A stretch of 64,000 nucleotides of DNA from Streptomycetaceae bacterium (GCA_007280125.1 QYPT01000076.1:17-64016), one strand, 5' to 3'. Shown: positions 25,719 through 36,502, counted from the first letter of the stretch. The notes: generated from the letters alone by a model not told the origin. Numbers and translations: made by a program.

Positions 25719-27509
25719 ATGCCAGAGGAGATAGGCGCCACCTTAGAAAACAAATCCCCTATAGATCTGGCCAAAATTAGAGAGACCATCAGCGGCGATT
25801 CGACATTTTCTTTAGGGCTATTCTTTCCACTCTTTTGCGTTGCGTTGCCATTGAGTGTTTTTGGAGAGCACCAAGATATAACCAAGATGAGTGATGCACT
25901 TTTGTGGGGAGTGATCCATCTTTCTAGTTATCTAATTACATGGATCCTATGGACCTCCATAAAAGAGGTAAAAGATTCACTCGGCATTAAGTTCAGTCAC
26001 TGGTGGCCACTATTTTTCTTAAGTGGCTTGGGAGGGGCAGTCAACGCTCTAGTTATTGCAAATGTGTTGCCTTTAACTTCCATGGATTACTCAATCAGTC
26101 TTTGGGGGAGATTGAGTGCCGGATTTCTCTCTTTCATGATTTGGTTGCCGCTTGAAACAGTGATTCTCTCTGGAAGGAAGAATTTTGAGCAATTTGAAAA
26201 AGATTCTATAAATGAGCTTTTAAATCAGGAAAGAATCCGAATACTGCAAACTGATTTGATTTCCCTGGTTAGAGTCTCTATTGAAGGAAAATTGCGACGA
26301 GACCTTGGGATTTCAGCGGAGAGATCATCATATTTGTTAGAGCAAGAACGCTTGAAGGAAGGCAATGAGTCGCACCCTTCTGAAGTACTCCACGACTTGG
26401 CAACTAAAGACCTACAGGTCCTCTCACAAGAGCTCATGAGTCATGCAATGGAAATGCCCGAAGAAGAAGTGGATAGAAAGACCAAGGAGACCAAACTATT
26501 TCGCGCATTCAGAGTTGGCACAAATACTGAACCAATAAATCTTTTCCTATTGACACTGTGCTCAGCCCTAATTCTGGTTCCGTTAACCATCCGAAACTTG
26601 GGCTTTCATGATGGAATTGTTGCATCCGCATTCTTTTTCATCGTTATGTTCCTATGTACAGCCATTGCTAATCAAATATTCAAAAGTTCTAATTTCTCAG
26701 GAATTACCGTCTTCATTAGTTGGTCAGTTGGACTTTTTGCTGTTTTTCTCATCCTTTATTCGCAAAGACTTCACATTCGCAAATCTATGGAGCTAACCCA
26801 TTTTGCAGGGCTAGGGTGGATTCCTTGGGTTATTTTTGTCGTCGCCGGACAGGTAATTTTCAATGTGGGAAAGGCTGCTTTCATTTCCCAAGCACGTGCA
26901 ATGGATGTTTTTTCAGAGCAAATTAAGATGACATCCGTTCGGCAAAACATTATCAATCTTGAAATCGCCACCGTATCCAGGGATTGGGCAAAGCAATTAC
27001 ATGGACCAATTCGATCCGAGTTGTTGGCAACTTCGCTTATGCTCGAAAGAGCACAAGCTGTAGGGGATGAGAAGGAGATGGACTCAGCTCTTCAACAAGC
27101 GGTGGCGCTGCTCGATTCCTTGGTCCAGGCTGCTCCGCTCGAAAAGAAAAGTGCCGTCCAGGAAATTGAATATCGAGTGAGTTTATGGGAACCACTAGTA
27201 GATATCACCGCTGATCTCTCCGGATTTACTCATCTACCAGAATCGAGTAACTCGCAAGATTTGGGAGGCGTCATCGAAGAAGCCATTTCTAATGCTGTTC
27301 GACATGCGATGGCAACTAGTATTTCGATCGTTCTTAAGAATGAACCATCGGGTGAATTGGTTATCAAGGTAGTAAACGATGGGATGTGGAAAGATTTAAT
27401 AAACCCAGGCGTGGGAAGTGCGCTCTACGCAATTTACTCTAATGAACATTGGACGATTAGTCGCAATCCGACCACTCGGTTAACTACTTTGAGACTTTCT
27501 GTCTTCTAG
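25719..27509 (+). CDS. membrane sensor histidine kinase (HK2), paralogue of HK1, with no adjacent response regulator
   Basis: 596 aa with the same layout as HK1. Motifs are H-box AKQLHGPIRSEL, N-box EEAISNAVRHA, G1 VNDGMW and G2 GVGSALY. It starts 20 nt after the SDR-B stop. Confidence 0.8.
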   Translation: MPEEIGATLENKSPIDLAKIRETISGDSTFSLGLFFPLFCVALPLSVFGEHQDITKMSDALLWGVIHLSSYLITWILWTSIKEVKDSLGIKFSHWWPLFFLSGLGGAVNALVIANVLPLTSMDYSISLWGRLSAGFLSFMIWLPLETVILSGRKNFEQFEKDSINELLNQERIRILQTDLISLVRVSIEGKLRRDLGISAERSSYLLEQERLKEGNESHPSEVLHDLATKDLQVLSQELMSHAMEMPEEEVDRKTKETKLFRAFRVGTNTEPINLFLLTLCSALILVPLTIRNLGFHDGIVASAFFFIVMFLCTAIANQIFKSSNFSGITVFISWSVGLFAVFLILYSQRLHIRKSMELTHFAGLGWIPWVIFVVAGQVIFNVGKAAFISQARAMDVFSEQIKMTSVRQNIINLEIATVSRDWAKQLHGPIRSELLATSLMLERAQAVGDEKEMDSALQQAVALLDSLVQAAPLEKKSAVQEIEYRVSLWEPLVDITADLSGFTHLPESSNSQDLGGVIEEAISNAVRHAMATSISIVLKNEPSGELVIKVVNDGMWKDLINPGVGSALYAIYSNEHWTISRNPTTRLTTLRLSVF

Positions 27510-28399
27510 CTAAAGAGTTTCCTAACTACCGAAGGAATAAAATCACAGATTCTTGCTGCCGAAAAAGGTCCACCCATAGATGCCTCATAGGCTGCCATAG
27601 CGTGAATCATTGCTCCGGTCGCGCCAATCTCGGCAATTGTTATATCTGCGTGCGCAAGGGCAACAGAATTTGTAGCTAAGAGTGCGCCAATAATTCCTGC
27701 AAGTACATCGCCGGTTCCGGCAGTGGCTAGCCATGGTGTTGCTTCTGGAAGTTCGATTATCCGCGCACCGTCGGCAAGACACGTAGTAGAGCCTTTAAGC
27801 AAGACACTGACATTAAGTGCTCCGGCTGCAACCTGTACCCATTTCTTTGGGTCACCTTCGATGGCACTGGATGTGACGGAAATTCCGCGCGAGTTGAGTA
27901 AATCGGCGAGTTCACCAACATGAGGCGTTATTAGAGTTGGTGTGGGAAAAGTACCGGAGAGATACAGTGCTCCGGCATCAAGAATCATTGGGACGGATTG
28001 TTTGGCAGCTTTCCTAAAATCGCGGTGGCGCAACCTAGTTTTATACCCACCCATGCCTTTTGCTGAGACTCCGGATCCCAACAACCATGCAGAAACTTTT
28101 CCGGAGTGAATAACTACTTCTGGAGAACGTGCGAGAACCAGTTGGTCAATCATTCTAAGTGGCTGTAATTCCCAGGATTCATTGGGAGGGTAAAACCGAA
28201 CCATGCCAACGCCGGTAGCCATTGCGGCATGTGTTGTGAGGACTGCAGCTCCAGGGTATTGGGCAGAACCTGTAATCATCCCGATAACTCCACGTGAATA
28301 TTTGTGATCGAGTGAAGTAGGAATAATCAAGGCGCGTCGACACTCTTTAGCGCTCCATTTAGTGACCGGCAAGTTCTCGCTCATGTACCCATTAAACAA
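27506..28399 (-). CDS. nnrD: ADP/ATP-dependent NAD(P)H-hydrate dehydratase (YjeF C-terminal domain type)
   Basis: 297 aa. It shows KYSRGVIGMITGSAQYPGAAVL and ATAGTGDVLAGIIGALLA. Confidence 0.82.
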   Translation of the reverse strand: MFNGYMSENLPVTKWSAKECRRALIIPTSLDHKYSRGVIGMITGSAQYPGAAVLTTHAAMATGVGMVRFYPPNESWELQPLRMIDQLVLARSPEVVIHSGKVSAWLLGSGVSAKGMGGYKTRLRHRDFRKAAKQSVPMILDAGALYLSGTFPTPTLITPHVGELADLLNSRGISVTSSAIEGDPKKWVQVAAGALNVSVLLKGSTTCLADGARIIELPEATPWLATAGTGDVLAGIIGALLATNSVALAHADITIAEIGATGAMIHAMAAYEASMGGPFSAARICDFIPSVVRKLFS

Positions 28400-28409
28400 C
28401 TAAAGCGCG

Positions 28410-29465
28410 TTATCGCGCAGAGGGGTAGACCTCTAAATAGTTGGGTAGTGTGATTGCAGGTGTGGTTACCGCGTGTGAATCAAGTAGAGCGTGAGCAATC
28501 GCACGTGATACACAATCCGCCGCAACGGTTAATAGTTGGTGAAATTCAAGAGCGTTAGGTGCAGGACGCTTAGCGGTAGACCCACCAAAGATTGTGTCAC
28601 CATCAAACATTGTATGAACGGGGTGAATTGCGCGAGCAAGCCCATCTTGTCCAATGCCGGCCAATTTCTTACATTCGGCTTTTGTGAGCGTGGCGTCGGT
28701 AGCGATGAAACCTATCGTGGTGTTGAGCGAGATTGATTCAGGAAAGAGACCGTTGTCAAGAAGTGCAATATGCGGGGGAGCGTGTTCAATATCTTGCTTA
28801 GATGGTTTCTTTAGGGAATCAAACTCCCCGGGCACTCCGTATGCGGCTCCATATATTTCACCGGTTTTAGAGTTGATAGCAGATCCCACAGAGTTGAGAA
28901 CAATTATTGCTGCGACGGTTGTGCCATTTTCTAAAACAACACTTGCGGACCCAACGCCACCTTTAATTCCACCAGCCATAGCCCCTGTGCCGCCACCAAT
29001 ACTTCCGGTTCTGACTTTTTCAGTGCCGGCGCTAGTCATGGCATCCTCATATGCGCGAACTCCAAATGCCGCATCTGGAGTTGCTGCAACTGTGCCGCCT
29101 CGACCTAAATCAAAAATGATTGCTCCTGGAACTATAGGAACAATAACTCCGGGCATAACAGTGAGCCCTAAGTCTTTAGCACGCATGGCATCTTGAACTC
29201 CAGCAATTGCTGCCAAACCAAAAGCACTTCCACCACCAAGGACTAATGCATGAACGCGTTGTACTGAATTTATGGGGTCTAACAAATCTGTTTCATGAGA
29301 TCCAGGAGCACCGCCTCTTACATCTACTCCGGCGATAAAGCCCTCGGGCTCTCCCACGATGACGGTAGTTCCTGTTAAGTAACCATCTGTCATTGCAGTG
29401 TGATGGCCTACGCGCAAGCCTTCAAGATCGGTGAGTGAATTCGTGGCTCCGGTTTTAAGGGTCAT
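28410..29465 (-). CDS. peptidase family S58 (DmpA/P1 aminopeptidase type)
   Basis: ORF 28410..29510. I prefer the ATG at 29465 (MTLKTGATNSLTDLEGLRVGHHT), which gives an ATGA overlap with the amidase stop. It shows GTTVIVGEP and LGGGSAFGL. Confidence 0.78.
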   Translation of the reverse strand: MTLKTGATNSLTDLEGLRVGHHTAMTDGYLTGTTVIVGEPEGFIAGVDVRGGAPGSHETDLLDPINSVQRVHALVLGGGSAFGLAAIAGVQDAMRAKDLGLTVMPGVIVPIVPGAIIFDLGRGGTVAATPDAAFGVRAYEDAMTSAGTEKVRTGSIGGGTGAMAGGIKGGVGSASVVLENGTTVAAIIVLNSVGSAINSKTGEIYGAAYGVPGEFDSLKKPSKQDIEHAPPHIALLDNGLFPESISLNTTIGFIATDATLTKAECKKLAGIGQDGLARAIHPVHTMFDGDTIFGGSTAKRPAPNALEFHQLLTVAADCVSRAIAHALLDSHAVTTPAITLPNYLEVYPSAR

Positions 29466-30895
29466 GCTAAATCTCCTCCGTATGAGTCTGCGTTTGAGGG
29501 TATCTCCCAATTGGGTTTAGCCAAAGCAGGCCGGGCATTTTCATACCAATGTGTTGCCTGTAAAACGCCAAGGTCATCAAAGCGACGGCCCGAAATTTGC
29601 AATCCTATGGCGCGCCCATCAGGTGAAAACCCTGCATTGATTGATGAGGCAGGCTGTTCGGACATGTTGTAAGGGACCGTGAATCCAATATGTGCCATTG
29701 CCCGCGCAGGATCATTGGTTGGCATTGCCCAATGAACAGGGTAGGTAAGGACCGGTGAAACGGGGGAGAGAACGAAATCATATTTCTCGGTTGCCAATTG
29801 TGTACTCTTTCGCACTTCGAGTTTGCGGTTGACGCATCGCATTAATTCTGCACTTGTGACATTTTCCCCGGCACTGAGCCATTCGATAATAAAAGGTAGA
29901 AGTAATTTTCTGCGCTCAGCTGGCATTGCGTTGTAGTCAACCCAACCTCTAACTCTCCAGAAAGTATCCAATTCATGCAGCGCCTCTTCTGAGAAAAATG
30001 GCGGAATTATCTCGACGATTGCGCCAGCGCTTTCGAAAGTCTTTGCGGCATCAGTAATTGCTGCAAAGGTATGTGGCTCAACAGGAAGGCCGCAACCTGC
30101 ATCAAGATGCAAGGCAATGCGTTTGCCTTTCGGTGAAAACTCGTTGTAGGTGTCCCAGGCAATATCTGCGGGTGGAAGGCTCATGTAATCTCGTACATCC
30201 GGTGCTGTAACAACGCTCATTAAGAGTGCAGAATCGCCCGTTGTCCGAGTCATTGGTCCAGCTACACGACCAAAGAATGGTGGGTCAATGGGAATGCGAC
30301 CATTGCTTGGTTTGAGCGATACAACTGCATTCCATGCTCCAGGCAAACGCAATGAGCCGCCGATGTCTGTACCCATATGTAGCGGACCATAACCAACCGC
30401 TGCACTGGCGCCACCTCCAGCGCTAGATCCTCCGGGATTCCATGTTGGATTCCACGGATTACTTGTTAGGGCGTGAAAACTAGAAAGACCAGATGAAAGC
30501 ATTCCAAGATCGGGCATGGTGGTTTTCGCGATGATGATTGCACCAGCTTCGCGAACTCGTGCAGCTGGTGGGGCATCGGCTGCTGCGGGAGTAAGCACTG
30601 TCGATGCTGCGCCTAAAGGGATAGAAGTTCCTTTGGTTGCAATGTTTTCTTTGATAGTTATTGGCACGCCATCGAGGGCGCCAATAGGCTCCTTCTTCAT
30701 CCACCGTTTCGAACTTGCATCGGCTTGGGCAATTGCACCATCAAGATCTTGACCCCACAACGCTTTGACTGCCGGTTCGCGCAATTCAATTCTGGAAATT
30801 ACTGCATCCATTACTTCGCGCGGGGTAAAATCTCCGCTGCGATAACCATTGAGCATTTCTGATGCAGTGGCATCAGAAAGTGTTGTGCGTCTCAT
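29462..30895 (-). CDS. amidase-signature (AS) family amidase
   Basis: 477 aa. It shows IKENIATKG (catalytic Lys context) and GGSSAGGGASAAVG (GGSS signature). Confidence 0.9.
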   Translation of the reverse strand: MRRTTLSDATASEMLNGYRSGDFTPREVMDAVISRIELREPAVKALWGQDLDGAIAQADASSKRWMKKEPIGALDGVPITIKENIATKGTSIPLGAASTVLTPAAADAPPAARVREAGAIIIAKTTMPDLGMLSSGLSSFHALTSNPWNPTWNPGGSSAGGGASAAVGYGPLHMGTDIGGSLRLPGAWNAVVSLKPSNGRIPIDPPFFGRVAGPMTRTTGDSALLMSVVTAPDVRDYMSLPPADIAWDTYNEFSPKGKRIALHLDAGCGLPVEPHTFAAITDAAKTFESAGAIVEIIPPFFSEEALHELDTFWRVRGWVDYNAMPAERRKLLLPFIIEWLSAGENVTSAELMRCVNRKLEVRKSTQLATEKYDFVLSPVSPVLTYPVHWAMPTNDPARAMAHIGFTVPYNMSEQPASSINAGFSPDGRAIGLQISGRRFDDLGVLQATHWYENARPALAKPNWEIPSNADSYGGDLA

Positions 30896-31668
30896 TGCGG
30901 TAGGGGTGGAGTGAAACGGCCGTCAATTGCAGTCCAACCGCCATCGACTGTCACTGTTGTTCCAGTGATAAAGGATGCTGCGGGCGATGAAAGAAATGCA
31001 GCAGCGCCAGCGAGTTCATCTGGACGGGCCCAACGACCTAGCGCAGATTTTTGAGCATAAGCGGCATTCCACTCTGCATTAGCCCGAATCGGTGCGGTTA
31101 AGGCAGTTTCAACGACGCCTGGCCTAATTGAGTTAACGCGAACATTATGTGGACCAAATTCAGCGGCAGCAGTTCGGACGAATGATTCCAATCCCGCTTT
31201 CGTTGCGCCATACACGCTTTGACCAGGTTCGGTTGCTGCAGCGCGGATAGAAGAGTAAACAACTATTGATCCACTTCCTTGTGCGACCATCAATCCACCA
31301 ACAGTGCGAAGGACATCAAAAGTTGCTCGTAAATTAAGTGCAATTACGCGATCGAACTCTTCCAATGTGTACCCGAGAATTGATTTACGAACGTTTATTG
31401 CCGGCGTATGTACCATAATATCTAGCGGAGCCAATGATGCAATCCGAGCAACCTCATCAGATTGCGTAACATCTAGGGCAATGGCTTCTCCGCTCGCCAT
31501 CATTGCTTGCGTTTCTTGTGCGGTAACGATGTCGCGGTCTGCGGCAATTACGTAGGCGCCTTGTGCGCTAAGAGCTAAGGCACATTCGCGCCCAATTCCA
31601 CTTCCGGCACCAATCACGAGTGCGCGCTTTTTGTCTAAGCGAAATATCGCCGAGTAATCAACGCTCAT
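30892..31668 (-). CDS. short-chain dehydrogenase/reductase (SDR)
   Basis: 258 aa. It shows IGAGSGIGRE and S...YGATKAG. There are 4-nt overlaps on both sides. Confidence 0.85.
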   Translation of the reverse strand: MSVDYSAIFRLDKKRALVIGAGSGIGRECALALSAQGAYVIAADRDIVTAQETQAMMASGEAIALDVTQSDEVARIASLAPLDIMVHTPAINVRKSILGYTLEEFDRVIALNLRATFDVLRTVGGLMVAQGSGSIVVYSSIRAAATEPGQSVYGATKAGLESFVRTAAAEFGPHNVRVNSIRPGVVETALTAPIRANAEWNAAYAQKSALGRWARPDELAGAAAFLSSPAASFITGTTVTVDGGWTAIDGRFTPPLPQ

Positions 31669-33134
31669 GACTTAGGTCCTTTGATGTCAGGGCGAATAAT
31701 CGCCATCCTTGTAACCGTAAATTCTTCTGCAGCAAATCGAGGACCTTCACGGCCGATTCCAGAATCTTTAACTCCACCATAAGGCATCGAATCCGACCTA
31801 AAGCCAGGTACTTCATTGACAACGACTCCGCCGACTTCGAGCTCGTTGAGTGCTGCAAAAGTATTAGCTAATGAAGAAGTGAAAATGCTCGCTTGTAGGC
31901 CGTATCGAGAATCATTAACCAACGCGAAAGCTGATTCGATATCTTTTACTCGGCGAATGCACATCACTGGTCCAAAAATTTCTTCGTCCCAGACCAATGA
32001 GCCAGAGGATGGCTCGATAATAACGGTAGGTAAGAATGCGCTTCCACTCTTCGTTCCCCCGTGTGCCACCACCGCGCCGCCAGCAACTGCTTGTGCTATC
32101 CAGTCAGAGACTCGATGAGTACTAGCTTCATTGATTAAGGCGGAAATATGCGTAACCGCATTGCGTGGATCTCCGACAACAACTGCATCTAGATGCTTTT
32201 TAAGTAATGCAACAAATGAATCCGCAACACTTTCAATGACAATTACTCGCTGAACAGAAATGCAAGCTTGACCAGATGCGTAGTAACTTCCTCGCACCGC
32301 GGCTGCTGCTGCTGCTTCGATATCTGCACTGTCATCAACAATGAGCGCTGAATTTGAGCCCAACTCAAGAAGTGTTTTTCTTGGCGCGGCTAATTTAGAA
32401 ATGGCGTGCCCAACACCAGCAGAACCTGTAAATGAGACTGCGCCGATTCGCGGGTCAGAAACAAGAATTGCACCCACTTGAGCGTCTCCAGTAACTAACT
32501 GCACAATGCCTTGTGGAATTTCAAGGGTTACTGCAATTTCTCGCATGATGTGGATGAGCCACAACGTTGAAAGTGGCGTTTGGGGTGCTGGTTTAATAAT
32601 GACTGGGCACCCTGCTGCAATAGCTGGAGCAATTTTGTGCGAAGCCAGAAGCAGGGGATAGTTGAATCCAGTTATCCCAACAACGACGCCAATTGGTTTC
32701 CTCACCCAGAAGCCGAGCATTCCTTCTCCGCTCGGCAAGAGATCCAAAGGAACAGTTTCTCCGTGAAGACGCGAAACTTCTCCCGCAGCAGTTTCTAATG
32801 TAAGAATTGTTCGAGCAACCTCTACAACACAATCTCGAAGCGGTTTTCCGGTCTCAAGTACGAGCAGGTTCTCAAACTCTTCGCGTTTTTCTGTTATGGC
32901 CGCGCACGTACGAGCGAGTAATTCTTTACGCGCATAGCTTGAGAGTGCGCCAACTTCTTTGCGAATGTTCAGAGCATGAGTTAGCGCCGCATTGGCATCA
33001 TCTGCGTCACCGACAGGACTATCACAGACAATGGAGCCATCGAATGGAAATATTACGGGGGCGATTTCTTTTGTTGTGCGCCAAGAATTTCCAATGGGTA
33101 ATCCGGTAGGGAATGATGGAGAAAAATGGGTCAT
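31665..33134 (-). CDS. NAD(P)-dependent aldehyde dehydrogenase
   Basis: 489 aa. It shows FTGSAGVG, LELGSNSALIV, GQACISVQR (catalytic Cys), and EEIFGPV. Confidence 0.9.
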   Translation of the reverse strand: MTHFSPSFPTGLPIGNSWRTTKEIAPVIFPFDGSIVCDSPVGDADDANAALTHALNIRKEVGALSSYARKELLARTCAAITEKREEFENLLVLETGKPLRDCVVEVARTILTLETAAGEVSRLHGETVPLDLLPSGEGMLGFWVRKPIGVVVGITGFNYPLLLASHKIAPAIAAGCPVIIKPAPQTPLSTLWLIHIMREIAVTLEIPQGIVQLVTGDAQVGAILVSDPRIGAVSFTGSAGVGHAISKLAAPRKTLLELGSNSALIVDDSADIEAAAAAAVRGSYYASGQACISVQRVIVIESVADSFVALLKKHLDAVVVGDPRNAVTHISALINEASTHRVSDWIAQAVAGGAVVAHGGTKSGSAFLPTVIIEPSSGSLVWDEEIFGPVMCIRRVKDIESAFALVNDSRYGLQASIFTSSLANTFAALNELEVGGVVVNEVPGFRSDSMPYGGVKDSGIGREGPRFAAEEFTVTRMAIIRPDIKGPKS

Positions 33135-33916
33135 AGAGATTCTGGCAATCGCGGAATTGCACCAATGAGGGCGCGAGTAAATTCATGGGCAGGGCGATCA
33201 AAGACTTCGCGCGTATTTCCAGATTCGACCACGGCTCCATCTTTCATCACTATGACCCGATTGCAAAGTCTGGCAATAACACTCAAGTCATGAGAAACGA
33301 GAATAAGAGTGAGTCCCAATTTATCCGTCAATTGCGCGATGAGTTCTAGGATTTGATCGCGAACGAGCACGTCCAACGCACTGACTGGCTCATCGGCAAT
33401 GAGTACGCCTGGACGAGGCGCAAGAGCGCGTGCGATAGCCACACGTTGTCGTTGTCCTCCCGAAAGCTCATGTGGGTAGCGATCGCGCATAGCGCGCTCA
33501 AGTCCCACTGAATCCAATACTTCATCGATACGCGCATCATGGTCTTCATCGATCCCAAGGCAGACCAATGGCTCACGAATAATTTCAGAGATCTTCATAC
33601 GTGGATCAAGAGAGCTTCGTGGATCTTGAAAGACAATCTGTACATCTTTGCGAAGCCATGGCATCTTGCCTGAGATAAGCGTCTGACCTTTAAATTCGAC
33701 ACTTCCGGAAGTTGGGGTGTCTAGCCCCAAGAGGAGTCGCACAAGAGTGGTCTTGCCTGATCCAGACTCACCAACAATTCCAATGCGGTCGCCCGTATTG
33801 ATGCTCAAGTTCATCTCTACTAATGCATGACGAAAAGCTTTACCTTTTCCCGCAGAACCTTTAGCTAATTTGTAGGTACGTGAGAGATTGATTGCTTCTA
33901 GGAGTGGTTGATTCAT
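33131..33916 (-). CDS. peptide/nickel-type ABC transporter ATP-binding protein (DppF/OppF-like)
   Basis: 261 aa. It shows Walker A GESGSGKTT, signature LSGGQRQR, and Walker B VLIADEP. Confidence 0.9.
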   Translation of the reverse strand: MNQPLLEAINLSRTYKLAKGSAGKGKAFRHALVEMNLSINTGDRIGIVGESGSGKTTLVRLLLGLDTPTSGSVEFKGQTLISGKMPWLRKDVQIVFQDPRSSLDPRMKISEIIREPLVCLGIDEDHDARIDEVLDSVGLERAMRDRYPHELSGGQRQRVAIARALAPRPGVLIADEPVSALDVLVRDQILELIAQLTDKLGLTLILVSHDLSVIARLCNRVIVMKDGAVVESGNTREVFDRPAHEFTRALIGAIPRLPESL

Positions 33917-34713
33917 TTGATTCCGCCTGTGCCCGAGAAAGCATCTTCAGCAACGCGCGCTGCGTTTATTAGTCGTTGTGAGTATTCATGTTTAGGCGCT
34001 TGGAAAAGAGAGGCAACAGTTGCATTCTCTACGATTTGACCCAATTGCATTACTGCAATGTTCTCCGTCATTATGGATACAACAGGGAGATCATGAGTAA
34101 CAAATACTAAAGAAGAACCTTCTTGATCAACTAAGGTGTTAATTAGATTGAGAACTTCGCGTTGTACTGTGACATCAAGTGCGGTTGTTGGCTCATCGGC
34201 AATAAGTAGCGCAGGCTCGCAAGCAAGTGCAATTGCCAGACCGATGCGCTGACGCTGGCCACCAGATAGTTGATGAGGATATGCACGAAGGACGCGGTCA
34301 GGATCAGGTAGACCAACTTTGGTGCAGAGCTCGAGTGCGCTACCAAGTGCGTCCTTGAGCGATGCTCCCTTGTGAATCATCAGTGGTCCCGCAATTTGTT
34401 TTCCAATACGCATTAATGGATTGAGAGCGGTCAGCGGCTCTTGAAAAACCATTCCCATTCTGTTTCCACGAAGATGCGAATGTTCGCGGTCAGAAAGCCC
34501 AATGAGCTCTTGACCTTCAAATGTGATGCTCCCTGAAACCGTTGCCGTATCTGGGAGCAAGCCCATGATTGCAAGTGATGTCATTGATTTACCGGAGCCT
34601 GATTCACCAATCAACCCGATACGCGAACCCTTTTCAAGGGTAAAGGAAATAGAGTCAACTACCTTCTTGTCGCCGAATGCAATGGTGAGGTTATTTACTT
34701 CTAGAAGGCTCAT
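33913..34713 (-). CDS. peptide/nickel-type ABC transporter ATP-binding protein (DppD/OppD-like)
   Basis: 266 aa. It shows [17 protein letters not shown], and [12 protein letters not shown]. Confidence 0.9.
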   Translation of the reverse strand: MSLLEVNNLTIAFGDKKVVDSISFTLEKGSRIGLIGESGSGKSMTSLAIMGLLPDTATVSGSITFEGQELIGLSDREHSHLRGNRMGMVFQEPLTALNPLMRIGKQIAGPLMIHKGASLKDALGSALELCTKVGLPDPDRVLRAYPHQLSGGQRQRIGLAIALACEPALLIADEPTTALDVTVQREVLNLINTLVDQEGSSLVFVTHDLPVVSIMTENIAVMQLGQIVENATVASLFQAPKHEYSQRLINAARVAEDAFSGTGGIK

Positions 34714-35540
34714 GAGTCACTCCTGCGCAGAGTCGGATCAAATACTTCACGAACTCCATCTCCTACTAAATTGAAACCGAGCACAACAATAACGATGGCA
34801 ATTCCAGGCCAAATAGCAAGAAGTGGATTAACAAATATGTATTGCTGAGATCCAGCGAGCATTCGCCCCCATGATGGCGCAGGTGGGGGAGTTCCGAGGC
34901 CTAAGTAAGACAGAGATGATTCAGCGAGGACGGAGACTGAAACTACAGCCGAGGCTTGAATAAGAAGAGATGCTCGCAAGTTAGGCATGACATGTTTTCT
35001 GATAATTCGCCATGTACTTGCACCACATGCATGCGCAGCAAGAACGTAATCTGATGCCAAGATTCCATAGGCGGTACGTCGAGTTACTTGTGCAACCGCT
35101 GCTGCAGTTGCTAGACCAATTGCACTGACTGCGGTCAACGTTGAAGCACCATAAACGGCAGCCAAGATAATTGCTAAAAGGGCTGCGGGAAATGCCAGTG
35201 CAATGTTCACCGCATAAACCATCGGAGCCTGAAGTTTGCGCGATGCAACTGCGATCGTTATTCCAGCACTGACACCCAAAGTCATGGCGATTGTTACGGC
35301 GAGGGCAGCAACTAATAATGTGACACGCGATCCCACGATGATCTGACTCAAAATGTCTCGACCAAGTTTGTCGGCGCCAAGAAAGTGCTTACTTGAAATA
35401 CCAGCAAATGAATCATCTGGAGTAACTTCTAGTGGGTCATGTGGCGTCCATATAAAGGAAAGAATTAACAGCGAAAAAGTAATCGCAACCATCACAGAAC
35501 CAGTGATTAAGGAGATATTTCCCTTCATGGCTTTTTTCAT
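34710..35540 (-). CDS. peptide/nickel-type ABC transporter permease (DppC-like)
   Basis: 276 aa, multi-TM, with AAHACGASTWRIIRKHVMPNL. Confidence 0.9.
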   Translation of the reverse strand: MKKAMKGNISLITGSVMVAITFSLLILSFIWTPHDPLEVTPDDSFAGISSKHFLGADKLGRDILSQIIVGSRVTLLVAALAVTIAMTLGVSAGITIAVASRKLQAPMVYAVNIALAFPAALLAIILAAVYGASTLTAVSAIGLATAAAVAQVTRRTAYGILASDYVLAAHACGASTWRIIRKHVMPNLRASLLIQASAVVSVSVLAESSLSYLGLGTPPPAPSWGRMLAGSQQYIFVNPLLAIWPGIAIVIVVLGFNLVGDGVREVFDPTLRRSDS

Positions 35541-36502
35541 GCGGATTGCCTAACTCGTGGGTCTAGGAAACCAAGCACTAAGTCAACAAGGAAGCTGACA
35601 AAGAAGACGATAGAGGTAGTAACTGCGATGATTCCTTGTACTTTAAGGAGATCTCGGTTGTTGACATCTTGCAAGAGCATTTGCCCGATACCAGGCAGAG
35701 CAAAAACATTCTCGACAATAATTGCTTCAACTATCAGAGTTGCCATCTGCATACCCAGTACAGAGATGACTGGGATCATTGCATTGCGTACGCCATGTTT
35801 GCGCAGAGCTTGCACGCGCGTAAGTCCTGTCGCACGGGCAGTGCGGAAATAATCTTGTTGCAAAGTGTCGATTGTTGCGCTGCGCGCAAAGCGCATGAGA
35901 ACTGCGCCTTGACCTAATGCGAGTGTAAAGACAGGCAGGGCCATCGATTTGAATGCAATTCCGGGCTCGCTCCAGCCGCCTTCGGGAAACCCTCCAGCAG
36001 GTAGAACTTGCCATGCGACTGCAAAGAACGTGGAGATCAGTAAGCCGGTCCAAAAAGTAGGAACAGCAATTCCGAATTGACTCATCGCAGAAGTTGCTAC
36101 GCCGTCCATGCGGCGATAACGCAATGCGGCATACATGCCAAGAGGTATTGAGACCAACACTGCCAAGACAGAAGCCATGATGACAAGCGGGACAGTGACT
36201 GTGGCTTTTTGTGCAATCTCTGCCGTGATATCTGCGCCGCTGAGAATTGATATTCCGAGATCACCATGTAATGCGTGGGAGAGCCAATCCCAATACTGGG
36301 CAATTAGCGAACGATCTATCCCTAATTCATGGCGCAGTGTTGCAAGAGCCTCAGGTGTTGCTTGAATTCCAAGTTTTGCCTGAGCGAGATCGCCAGGAAG
36401 TAAGCGAAGCATTGAGAAAACAATCGCTGAGGAAACCACCAGCGAAGAAATAAAAAGGAAGAGACGGCGAGCGCCGAATACAACAATATTCACGCTCGCC
36501 AT
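35537..36502 (-). CDS. peptide/nickel-type ABC transporter permease (DppB-like)
   Basis: 321 aa, multi-TM, with TARATGLTRVQALRKHGVRNAMIPV. Confidence 0.9.
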   Translation of the reverse strand: MASVNIVVFGARRLFLFISSLVVSSAIVFSMLRLLPGDLAQAKLGIQATPEALATLRHELGIDRSLIAQYWDWLSHALHGDLGISILSGADITAEIAQKATVTVPLVIMASVLAVLVSIPLGMYAALRYRRMDGVATSAMSQFGIAVPTFWTGLLISTFFAVAWQVLPAGGFPEGGWSEPGIAFKSMALPVFTLALGQGAVLMRFARSATIDTLQQDYFRTARATGLTRVQALRKHGVRNAMIPVISVLGMQMATLIVEAIIVENVFALPGIGQMLLQDVNNRDLLKVQGIIAVTTSIVFFVSFLVDLVLGFLDPRVRQSA

